From: Tubiluchus corallicola
Lineage: Eukaryota; Animalia; Priapulida
NCBI GenBank assembly: GCA_030141605.1
Contig: JAQGDQ010000129.1
Coordinates: forward strand, 501,549 to 565,548
Length of the DNA stretch: 64,000 nucleotides
Reading direction: 5' to 3'
Shown here: positions 1-12,960 of the stretch, in pieces
Numbering within the stretch: position 1 is the first letter of the stretch
Layout of the letters: each line of letters opens with the position of its first letter
The notes under the pieces: generated by a model
Databases searched by the model: none
What the model saw: the letters and a program-made list of their open reading frames with translations, nothing else
What the model was told of the DNA's origin: nothing
Program-made: the position numbers and the translations under genes

Positions 1-239
1 CAAATTGCCGGCAGTTTTAATGTACACTTGAGTAGAAGCAGCCCGTACCAGACGTTTTTGAATCAATTAAGCAACTGAGTCTACTAACCATCTGTCTAAT
101 AAATGGCGCCCACTGTACTATGTTCTAAAGAAAAAAATTACAAATCTCATTTTCAGTTGTACCTTATTTTGTTATATGTTAAATGCCCATTCTTCAGGTG
201 CAGTCATAATAAACTGTATTTAACAGTTTGTCTAGTAGG

Positions 240-1263
240 CAGGGCTGTTTTAACAACTTTGGAGGCCCTGTGCAGAGTAATGTCCTAGGGGGAGCTGGCC
301 TAATCACTAGAATACTTATCCTGCTACTACACTTATGGGACTGCTGTCACAACATATCATAATACGTTTAAATATAAACAATGTACTTTAGAACCAGGAA
401 TAATCAACTAAAAAAATATATCATCAGCATGAAAATCAGAGATGATACAATGTGAAATATTAATCAATGTAAACATTTCCAAGATTTCACTGCAGAGAAT
501 TGATTTACAATTGGTTTGTTCATGATAAATGGCTTATATTTGCAATGGAAAGGTTAAATGAATGCTTTTGGATGTGCGAGTTTGTTTTTGTGAAAAGCCG
601 CATGTTGCCGCTATTTGCTACTGGGAAGCTGATAAACTGCCACATATAATTAATGGCCAGCTGTCTACACTTTTTATTTATGCATCTAAACTTGCCTGGG
701 TTATGTAAAGAGTACTGATACTATAAGGAAATTCTTTTATTCAGAATGGCTTCATAAGCTTTGTACATTGGGTATGCAAAAACATGCTTAGACCGACAAC
801 AAAAATATTTGTTTCCATCTAATTGTCTGAATAATTTTTTAGCGTACACCCGACCGGAAATTTTTTAATTTCTTTTTTTATGCATTCACGTATTTACCTG
901 GCACAATCATATAATAGCAGTTTTTTTTATTTAAAACATACTTATTATAACGTCCTTGTTTCATCGAGGGCTACACTAACTGCATTTCGCACAAGATTTG
1001 CATTCGTGCCGAATAGCATTGCCGCTTATACCATAATTATCGGAACATACGATAATTTAAGGCTTCATACATTACAAAAAGAGGCAATACGATAATTGAT
1101 AACGATACAATAATTTAGTAATGCAAAATAAATAAAAGCAAAGTGTGATTAATATACACTGAAAAAATGTTGCTTTGCCAAGAAATCTTTTACAAAGAAA
1201 CTGGCAGTATGAGGCCCCGACAATGTGAGACCCTGGGCATGCTCATGCTTTAAGACAGTTCTG
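240..1263. mobile_element. non-autonomous hAT-like element (MITE)
   Basis: Imperfect TIRs CAGGGCTGTTTTAA / TTAAGACAGTTCTG (11/14), flanked by a near-identical 8-bp target duplication ctagtagg / cttgtagg; subterminal gaggccc motifs at both ends. Confidence 0.7.
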
Positions 1264-4200
1264 CTTGTAGGCTTACAGTTGTGTCTATGTGTTATTTTAG
1301 CAAATTTATGCTTTACATCACCTACTGTCTTTTCAAGAACGCTTTTTGTTTTTAACAGTAGAAAAGAAGAGGGAGACTGTCGGGGAAGGAACGGGTGATC
1401 GGTCAGCTAGGAAAAAATTAGGTAAACAATTATTTCAATAGCCAGTGAGTCGAGAAATCGATTAGTCGAGAAATGCACCAGTATCGCATATCTCGAGGTA
1501 CAGTGTTTATTCTTACAGCTTATTCTGGTTGCTCGCATCTGCCCCGCCAAACAGGTTCATTAATGGACATATCTTTCTTGAATATGTCTGTAGATGCTAT
1601 TACTTGGCATTCTGAATAATTGCCCATTAAATGTACTAGATTTTGTATTAGATTTTTTTCTGAAGTTATTTCTAATAGGCTTTTTCTGAAGTCTATATAA
1701 TTTGTTCCCAGTCTGTATTAGGTTGAGTTAGCATAGTAGCCTACTGGCGCTATGTTATCTCCCAGAGTTTCCTTGTCGAGGCTATCATGAGGCCCACGTA
1801 ACTAGGTGTGGTCTATTGTTATATTATGTAGTCTTTTAAACATTCAGTCTGTAATATAATTTTCAGTCTATACATTTATCATATCGTGTACTAGTTTTAT
1901 CTTACTTAAGCATAGCTAGGGTTTATTGTCAGTATGTAGTGGGCTAAAAACTATTGTTCTACTAATGTAACTAATCTGCTTAGCATGTCACTGTAGATAT
2001 CATTATGTAATTTTGCTTAATAATTAGGTGCATATTTTAATCATCTGTTCTTGGTTTTTCTTCAGCTAAACAATACAGCCAAGTAGAAAGATGCAATACC
2101 AACAATTACATTCCATGGGTTTGGAATGAAGATTAGTTTTCTAAATTTGGGCCAAAATTTAAGCACCAGTTTAGCTTTTTTGCCTTTTTCTATTAAATCA
2201 ATTTCAAAAATAACAAACTGCTGTAACTGACACACATTGTCTTGTGTAGCAAGTATCTGCACACATATACTTAGTGGCTGTGCCCTGTGGTATCATATCA
2301 AAACTGTTGCTCCTTTTCTGCACTTGTTGATTGAGCACCTGGTAATGTCACAGTTTTTTCGTCATCTAAGTTAAATAACGTCCTTTAGCTTGAAAAGCTG
2401 CTACTGTATAGTGAGTTCCTGTCTATTTACTTTAGCCCTTTCGTCATAAAAGTATGAGGTATTTGTCAGTATTGTGTAGAGATCTCGTACAGTTTTTAGC
2501 ATTACATATAATAGAAATTTGTTTGGAAGAACTTGTTCTTGATTCCTTTGTTTTTTCAACTTCTTTGTTTTATATGTAAATTATTTTTATATGGTTTGCG
2601 AACTATGTTCATAAATTCAGACAACTAGTAAGATATTAACTGACTTATTTGTTTCAGAACGACAAGAGGAAAAATTAAAAACTAATAGCAGGGATTTATC
2701 AATGGTTAGCACGTTTCACTTTTCTCTGGTTCTGTCTCTTAAAAAGTTTAAAAAAATTTTTGTTTTATACCAAGGACTATGTTTATTAAGTGAATCTTCT
2801 ACTTTTGTCATTGTTCCTGCTGTAATTTGTTTTCTTCATAACCCATTAAAATCTTTACTTTGTGCTTTTAACTTATGTCTCTACTTTTATATAATATATT
2901 GGTCTGAGTGTGTAGGTATGTATAAATTTATATATATGGTAATATAGAGAGGTATTTTAAGAGTGTCCCATATTTCTAATTTTCTAATCTGGCAACCCTA
3001 TAGCAATGATCTTGCTGTAGCCTATGTATGTGCAGGCACCAAATTCCGCTTTATATGTTGGGCAAACGTTTTCTGACCCTAGAGAACACAGTTTTTTTTA
3101 TTTTTAAATAACATATTGATTTTTATGAATATATGCTGGAATTCCATTCGTTTTTGTAGGTAAAAATGAAGTCCATGTTTGCTATAGGTTTTAGCTTTAC
3201 AACGCTCATGAGTATGTTTAATAGTATGTAAGTACATTATTGTTTTTTTAGTAATTAGTGTTTCAGCAAATGCCTAATACAGTATTAAAAATAACAAATC
3301 TGAGCAGAGCAAATAATAACTTGTTGATGTTGATGTTGTATCATTTGTTAAAGCAGTATAATTATTTTCCACATAATGATAATGCATGTGTTATTAGGAA
3401 ATGGAAGCTATGAACGTATGTACATTGAATAATTACTTGGTGCACAAATTTGCATATTGTTCATTTCAAATCATTAGCTAACGTACTAAAAACAGTTGCC
3501 ATATAATAATACCAGGTCTTGCTGGTCGCATAAGGACTCATATATTATTTCAGGTAGCGAAATAATTATAGTATCCCATGGTCTCTATAATGGTCTCACC
3601 AATATTATAAGTAATAAAATGAAAGTGTATAGCTTATACCAAATTGGGTCTTATAGGCACCAAACTGTGGGCCAAAAGGCTATCCGGTTGTTCTAGCGTA
3701 TGACTGTATGATTCAAATTTATCTATTTGAATTGGATGCACTGTTTCAATGGGCCTATTTTGGTGATTCTTTTAGAAAATTTCTGAAGGTAAGGCCCAGT
3801 TACCAGCTATTCTAGCAACCTATTCTTGTAACAGTTTTTTAGTTTACTTTGCATTCTTTTGTTAAGAATATTGCTAGAAGCATGAAGCATGGCGTAAGAA
3901 TATGGCTAATAATTTCAGCAACTCACCAATGTCCAGGTACCACAAGTCCATGAGCATGGTTCAACATTGCACGATACTTCACCATTCTCAATCCTTCATG
4001 ATTTAAATCACCAACTACATATAATGTAAAAACTTACAGACTTATAGGGCACGTTTGACTTATATAAATTCAGATGTCTTGAAGAAAGTCAATTGGCAAG
4101 ACATTTCTCAAAGCTCAGACTCAGTTATTCTCCCTTTGCAAGTATTTCTTTTTTTAACTTTAGATTTGATGGGCGGGTAGTAGCAAAGTTGCCATTTATA

Positions 4201-6314
4201 CCAATCTCATGGTTGCAAGGCTTGTCTCATCGGAACTTGCTAGGCGATGATTATACAGACTGCTCATTCATATTTTTATATATTCTTTGCACTATGTCAA
4301 TTAGGCAGGTAAGAAGAAAATAGGTGCTTCTTATATAACTGTAAAATATTTATTGTTCATAACAGTAATTCCATTCATAGTTCATATGTATCATTCAAAT
4401 AAATGAGGAAAGATGTACTTGAATTTGCATATCTTATTTTTTTAGAATATACAAAAGCTGCTGGGTTTCGCACCTTCGCGAGCAGCCAATCAGCAAGGCG
4501 GCGGTTTTTTTACTCCTCCCACGCAAAACAAGTAATTGGTTGCCAGATGAAAGACGAACTAAGTTACCAGTTTACCACCTATCATGACTGAAACAAGTTT
4601 ACTCACCGTCATCACCACCATCGTTATCATCGTCATTGTTTTTATATAATTCTATATATGTAAAATATAAAGTTATTAAACATTTCATTTACATACTTAA
4701 ATGAAACCTTTAGTTGTTTCAATAATTTCGTGATCTTTATGAACGCCAATAATACAGAACTATGAAAGTACATCAAAAGAAATGTTTCTTTTTTATTCTA
4801 GTTAACTGCTGTCTTTGTGAAAAACTTTACATGAAACAGTCACGTTAACGGCTAAAATCATATAATGTAATGAATATTCAAACGCACAAAAACTTATAAA
4901 AGATGTTTTGCTTTCAAATTTGTAAGCAAATTTCAGTTCAACTTTTAAACTGCAGTAGACATCTTATGTAAAATACATTGAATTAAAGTCAAACTGTTCT
5001 GGAACTACTAAATAAATCAAATATGGGTTAACTACTTCAGTTTTACCTATGAAGTAATGTCAGTATTATTACAAGGTACATTAAAGACCACACATTCACA
5101 ACAGCTAAACATATATTAAACTACAGTCCCTAGTCATAGCTCTTCTAACAGTAATATAAATAACAGGATTTCCTGATGATCACTATAACTAAACACTAGC
5201 AAACAGCACTTCTACAATATACAATTACACCATACTTTTTTCTGACAAATAGTAATCGAAAAACAAAATTCTGCAACTCACTGTAACAAATTGCCCTTCA
5301 ACAATTGCGTGAAGTGACGAAGAAAGCTGTGTCTCGTTCAAATATTTTTTAAGCACACAGTCATGATTAGTCATACAGTCATGCTGTTTATATTCAAAAC
5401 TAAATTTTGGCTCGACAAAGTAAATAATCTTTATTGTGGAAAGGACTTTTTATGTAAATATGCACAACAAAACACCAGTGTCAGTTAATCCAAGTAACAA
5501 ATTTAATCTGCACTAATTATAGAAATCAAACAGAAATATTGTGTAATTATTTTTCATGTAGTGTAAACTATTAAATAATTTATTGTTCATAACAATAGAT
5601 AAGAGAACATTGACAGTATATGTAATCATCTATTAGCAGTAGTCTCTTGAAATTACAACTGTAAAAAACGGCTCTTTCGCACATACTGTTACAACACAGC
5701 AGTTTAATTCCAATACGTGATTATATAAATCTAAAGATAACAAATATTTGCAATTTTAAGCAGAACTCGTTGAGAACCCACTTAAATGGCTGTTTATTTG
5801 ATGATTTCATGAAGTTCGTACTCTGGTGAGATTTTTAAAGTTCTCGAATTCAAGAACAAAGCTAAAGGCGGAATCATTTCTTATTTTCTCAAGTGTTACT
5901 GCATCTCTTCTCAAGCAGAAAAATGTCATCTGAGGCAATAACAGTTACAACTAGTTGACAATGTTTCTGACGTGGTCAGAAACTGAAAATTTTGCAACAA
6001 TAGTTATAACATTGGGCCTTAAAAATGAAGAAATGACAGTTTTTCTTGAAAGTGCTTATTTCACCTTGCTTGAATACATGGAAAGTGCCTTTCACAATGA
6101 AACCTCAGCATTAACTCTGTCAGCCCATTGGATATAGCAAAATCTTAATAAAATGGTATTAGACCTGCCATACACCAATAGATTGATGGATCTGACTTTG
6201 GATACATGTGTAATATTGCAGTAGTATAAAGTAAATATAGAAGACTATGAAATACAATATACTGGAAAAATTTGAAATAAGTCCACACATTATAGATGCA
6301 AATCTCTCTTTCAC

Positions 6315-6318
<4 letters not shown>

Positions 6319-6360
<42 letters not shown>

Positions 6361-6372
6361 TATATATATATA
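6319..6372. repeat. (TA)n microsatellite in the presumed stomatin 3' UTR
   Basis: Direct reading. Confidence 0.9.
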
Positions 6373-6897
6373 ATAATGATTTTACAAATACTGTAAAAAA
6401 TTATTGGACCTAATAATATAAAGACAGATATCAGGTTTTTCTATGTACCGTACTACGGTTAGTCAGTATACCTTGTACTGGTACTGCAGATATCACACTG
6501 GCAAAACAATTATTTTAAACTTATTACGAACTGTGCCCAAAGATTCTCAAAATAATAGATAGCGGAGTACTACATTCAACATTAAAAAATACGATTAACC
6601 AGATAAAAATGCAGCACTACATAAACATAACATTTTCTGCCATATTTATTACCATGCAAGTTTACAATGGAAATACTACAGTGGATTTAGATAAATTTGT
6701 TACATGTTAAGCCAAAAGTAGAAACATGCAAGTTATGCATGCAACCATACATAATAATAATAATTCGGCAGTGTAACATTAAAATAAAAGTCATTCATGA
6801 TGGTATTGGTTTACATCACTTCTGTTATTTCTCACTGTTTTTTTTTTTGGTTGTCTGCACAATTACTATATTACACTTTCATTATAAAGTTTGAAGT

Positions 6898-9800
6898 CTA
6901 ATGACCTTTTCCATCACTACCCTTTCTGTGAGCTTTGCTTTCCTCACCGGCTGTTTCCTTGTACATCGACATCATTTCTATTGGGATAGGGAATATGATT
7001 GTGGAGTTCTTCTCTGCGGAGATGGTATTAAGTGTCTGCAGATAACGCAATTGAATAGCAGCTGGCGAGGCTGCAATTACATCAGCAGCTTCCTTGAGAG
7101 CACGAGATGCCCGCTGTTCGCCTTCTGCTGCAATTACCTAAAAAGCAAGAGCAGGAAATTATTTGCCCATCAGCACGGTGGACCTCTTGGAGCAGATCAC
7201 TTCAAGAACAATTCTTTAAATAAAAGACAACTGACTGTTATACACACTTGCCATGATTTAACAAAAACAGTTTTTATTTTTTTTATTTTATATTTTATTT
7301 CAAACTTTATAAAGTTCACATATACATCACAAATTAATACACAAAATACAATACATTATGGCACACGACAATAAGACAAATAACAATTAACAATATGACA
7401 AACTTTGCCACTGATGTCTAATTTCAGAAGGAAAGTTTACATCACTGTTTAAAACGCTCTTACATATAAATTTTTCACTCTTATTCAGCCTGACGTATAA
7501 ACTATATGCACATTTTCTGTGAGTCACGTCAGAATAAACACAGATAAGCTTAGAAGAAATATATCTGGGGCTAGTATTGTGTGAAAAGTTAAAAACTAAT
7601 ACTTTAAACTAAAGCGGGGACAGGAAAGATTAAGTGTGTAAGAGTAACGTTTGCAGTAGCAATAGAATTTTACCACATTATTATTTTAAGCTCTCCCCCC
7701 AAAAAAATTAAGTACATTGTTAAATAGTTAACAATATAGCCATGTGGTTAAGTTATGGTCATTTAGTTAATTTAATTGCTTTATGTTAAAACAAAGGCAA
7801 GAACATAAGCTGACACAACATAATGTTAACAGGTCATTTTCTGAAGCAGTAAATATGGTATATAATATAACTAATATAATGACTATTTAACTATATAACT
7901 AATATAATGAGCATATAACTTCTATAAAAAAGATTAAACAAAAAACAACAAGCTGCCCTGTTTACTTAATTAAAAAACTAAATACTGAAAAAGCTGTAAA
8001 ACAAACCTTAGCTCTTGCCTCTCTTGCAGCCTCGGCTTCTGCTGCCATGGCTCGTTGAAGCTGCACTGGTAGTCTTACATCTTTGCTATAATAAAGTACA
8101 CACAAAAAGTACAATAGCAATATAGTAGCAATCTTGTTACAACATCCATTAATGGAGTTCATATTACAATTTGTCAGTAAACCAGGAGTATCAGCTAAAA
8201 CTAATATCTTCCAATTTAGACCATTAGGATCAAGTCTAAAAATTCAGTACAATATTATGAAGTTTGGCATACTGTTACCGTAAAGAGCTTGTTTCTCCTT
8301 TCTCTGAAAATCTTCACATAATGTTTAATGAGCAGTACTTTGGTTCTAAAGATCACCTGTAGAATGCAAAAATTTCTACCTACTTACATTTCCACTCTCT
8401 CCACCAATATGCCCCATGGATCAGTAGCATCATCCAAAATTGACTGTAATTAGAAATTTTAAATTGGTATAATTTCATGCGATAAACATATTAATGATGT
8501 GCGAAAACACATCCACATAGTATGATACATACACACAAGGTGTAAAAAACTTTTGGTATTTACCGTAGCTTAATAAAACATGCGTGCACATCAAACACAC
8601 TTCATCTTTTCAATGTTTTTGCCGTGTTTCCAATTAAGAATGTAAAATTTCATCAGTGTGCAATGGCCAATGAAATAGGCCAATTATAAGTTGTTATGTA
8701 GTTGCACTGAAAATTTAACAAAACACACAATTTTACTATTTCATGTTTGTACCTGCATTGTCTGACTAATGTGTTCTCTGTCAGATAAGACCTCTGCAAG
8801 ATTTTTAGTTCCCAATACATTTCGTAATGTTGTCTGCGCAAGAAGTCTTGTGGAACGGTTCGCATCATTAACGTTCACAATTGATATTGTGGCATTTTTT
8901 ATTCTGTAGTACACAACGGCATCTACAGCAATAGTAACAGAATCTTTTGACAGGATCTGAAATTGCCAATGTTAATTATCATTATTATTGTTATTTCCTT
9001 GTTTTACATGGATAGCTTACCACATCAGCCAATAACTACAAATAAACTATTAGCTGTTTCCAAAGTGGCTCAGGGAGAAATGCTTAGTTATTTCATTAAA
9101 ATAAATACATCAAACCATGATGATATATACATTATTTATTTCTTCGCCAAATTTCATGTTGCAATGTTCTTAGAATTAATGACAGATTAAATATTATATA
9201 CCTTTCTTTTTACAAAGATTTAAGCTGTGGCAAATTATCAGCTAGATCAAGAGTTCCATGTGATACATAGACACATCACATAAACTCTACATTTCAAAGC
9301 AAAAAATATCAAGTTATGGAAAAGTGGCTTTAATTTATTTTGGTTTAAATCAATGCACTAGATTCTACTGTGTAATATTACTAGAAGTTAATATTGATGA
9401 ATACTCTATTTCCAATCTATTTTTCCTATCAATGCAAACTATTCTTCCTATTCAAACATTAACATTATTAAACTATGAACCCATCATAATATTACTTAAT
9501 GTTAATTGATACAGTGCACTGTCTTGCTAACCACTATAAATATCTGCACAGGTCTATGGTTTAATATTGTTACTAAAAGTCAACTTAACTGTAGTCTTCA
9601 TCCCTGTCACATCTCATATTTATTCATAACTGCAAGCTGAATAGCAGATCTAATGCAGATGCTCAAGAAATTTTTGCAGAAAAGATTACTCCAGTAATCC
9701 AGGTATAAGTAAGCGCCAGCAGGCAGAAAGCAAAGGATAAGTACTTTGGAGGAAAATAGGAAGAATCGCAAAAACAAATCCGTGTTCAGAAGAGAGATTC

Positions 9801-12800
9801 GTGTTTTTATTATTGCACTGATTGATATAATATTATAAGCGTTTATAAAAGCATACTAAAACAGCCATGTGTAGCTAAGTACAGCCACTATGAAGCAGTT
9901 ATGATTGTCATGTTGGTCCCACACAATCTGTGATCATGTTTAAATGTATATGTATAATATTAATTTTATTGATTAGCTGTATGCCTTTTGACTAGTGCTA
10001 GTGTGTGACTGATCTTTATATTCCCAGTACAAGTTTGAGAATATTTTTAGCAGACAGTGACAACGGTGCTGTGAAGGCTTTCGAATGACATAAGACTGCG
10101 ATACATTGGCATCATACAGTGGCAAAACGAGAATTATTACTTGGTATAAATCAGTTGCTAGTTACAAACTTTTGGGTGTGTATGAGTTTGTGAGCTAGTA
10201 AAGCAAGTATTAAGATTAAGTACAATGTTGCTGTTTCTATATGGCACGGCGCAATTTTCAATGTTCATATATGAAGTGTGAGTAATTAACAATTGAAATG
10301 TGCATTGTGTATTATACCTCTTGCGGTGGGACATCAAAAGAAACGGTTCTCAAATCCACTTGTTTGAACTCGTCTGTACACGGCACTATGAAGAAAATGC
10401 CTAGAAATAGATAATGCGTAAGTGTTTAAAAACCTGCCACTGACTACGTACCTCTTGCGGTGGAACATCAAATGAAACGGTTCTCAAATCCACCTTCCTG
10501 TATTCATCGATGCATATAACAACGAAAAATATGCCTGCAAGACAGAACACACTTACAACAACCACAGTAGAAGAATAAGAAAAAAACAACACACAAATAT
10601 ATTTACAGTACATGCAACAGATCATAACATAAGTACGCCTACCCGTACCGGATTAACGTAATAGCAAAAGTAGCACATTCTTGAGAGTACCGCCTGAATT
10701 CTTGCAAACTGTCTAGCTCTTAAAACCAGACTCGGAATTGTGACAGATCCCTTTAAAATAAACAAGCATTTCTATGGCTGAATCTAGGTTTTAGCTTTAG
10801 GCTGTCTTACTACTTTAACCAGATACCTATATTTATGGCTGTCACATTTTATACAGCCATTTATCTTTTGTTAGCTGTGGCCTACAAGAATGGACAGGAC
10901 CACGACGAAAAAAATCATGCTATTATTTTAATTTAGGGCCCCTCTAAAATATATGTGTGACAAGCCCTGTACTAGCTTAATCCGACTCTGAGGCCTGGGT
11001 AACAGCCAGGAAATTAAATGAAATAAAGGCGAGTCGTACTCGGGCAAAATTCGATAAACCCTCTGTGATATTTCTGACACCATACTATGAGCTTTGTCAT
11101 TAGGAAAGTTTTATATATGTGTAGCAGAACATCAAAATAACATTTTTGTTTTGTTGCCAAATACCAGTAACGGAAACTAACATACTCACATAGTTACATA
11201 TAAAATGTCAAATGCAAAGCAAGACATGGTCACAATACAAATACAGAGAGTTATGTAGAAAAACATGACAGAAATTACAGAGTCACAATTCACAGAAGGT
11301 GTAACAATAACATCCATTCACTTGGGCAAAGGAACAGCAAAGATCAATACCAAAAAGAAATACTGTCCACGATCGATAAGCTATAGAACTAACCAAACAC
11401 TGCTGCCTAATTTTGACAACTCAAAAGACGATTTAAAAATTCTTTAACAAAAGACAAATTATGAGTTCAGTACATACAATGATCATTGTGTTATGATTTT
11501 TTATGAAGCTTACATTTACAAAGCAATTTAAGATTACAAAAAATGGAAATAAATGACAACTAATTAAAAGAATAAAACAAAAATTACTGCCCGTGGTTAG
11601 GTCAAACACATGCTGAACATCAATGCAGCAAGCAATGACACGCATTCACTAACACTTACAACCAAAAACATTCCTAAGCAAGTGCAATGAGAAAATGCAA
11701 TTTATTTTACAATGTTAAATTTCCCATAATTAACAAACTTGCAATATGCCGCCAGGCTTATCAAGTTATCAAGACAAAGAAAAGTGAAGGCTGTTGGCCC
11801 AGTACAATATAATATACAATACACAGATAATAACATGTACTGTAAAAGGTATAGACTTAGCGACAAAATCTATCCTAGCCCTAAATGCTTTACTTTTAGC
11901 TAATATTTTCTATGATTATTAAGCAAAAACATGTAAGCCTGAGTTGATCAGTTATCTTACCTGGACCTTTAGCACCTCCTGGTAATAAACGTCCCAAACG
12001 AAATATAACTGCTCTTTCATATTCTTGAACTACCTGGAAAAAATCATGAATACTTTTAGAAATGTAGACTAAAAGTAGACAATCCTGACAATCCTACTAT
12101 TAACATTGTTTACTGTAGCAAAAGTGAGCTAGAAACTTGAAATTCAAAATAAGCATTCCATAATTGCAACTCCTCAAATGTGGTTGCAGTTGTTGTCCTT
12201 TTCCAAGACAAATGTCATCACCTCACTTATTCACCAGTCGCCTGTAGCTCAATAAAAACAAGTATAACCAGTAACTACCAGTACCTTTTTAAATTTTGTT
12301 TCTGACAACATTAGAAACTTTTAACAGACAACCCAGTATTATCCAGAGTCTTAGAATGAAGCAAAATGGTTTACCTTAAGGCAAAAGCAGAGGGAGAATG
12401 GAAATGTGCAGACGATCAAGATATAGGAAAGTATGGTCAATACCCAACCACAGCAACCGATTCCTTCTGTTGATGCTGAAAGAAAAAACGAAAATCATTA
12501 AAGTAATTTTTTAAACATTGACATTAGCTAAACACTTTGACATACATATAGTATGTTTCTAGCACATGTTTTAACGATATTTGTATGTAACTGCATATTC
12601 AGGCTAAGAAAATTAAGAACAGTATATCTCATAACTCTCGCTCAACTTTTCGTCACTGACCATTCAGTATACTTCAGGCTATTCAGTTTCAGGACAGCTG
12701 TTTGCCAACACACCACAAATATTTAGTGTGGACAGACCAGGACAGTAACGAGGCGGAACAGTTACTGCAATGCAAACAGTTAAAAACAAAGTGTGCCATG

Positions 12801-12917
12801 AAACAAGCCCAGTATAAATAACAGTACTAGTGGAGCTCATTATAGTCTATTTTGTAGCTCTCTCTCTCTGTCTCTCTCTCTCTCCCTCTCTCTCTCCCTC
12901 TCCCTCTCTCCCTCTCT

Positions 12918-12960
<43 letters not shown>

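Noticed and set aside
1560-2650. Possible LINE ORF1 (esterase/PHD-like) relic on the minus strand
   Set aside because: Only vague peptide resemblance with many stops; not supportable without a search.
6901-7374. 157-aa plus-strand ORF
   Set aside because: Antisense shadow of the last stomatin exon.
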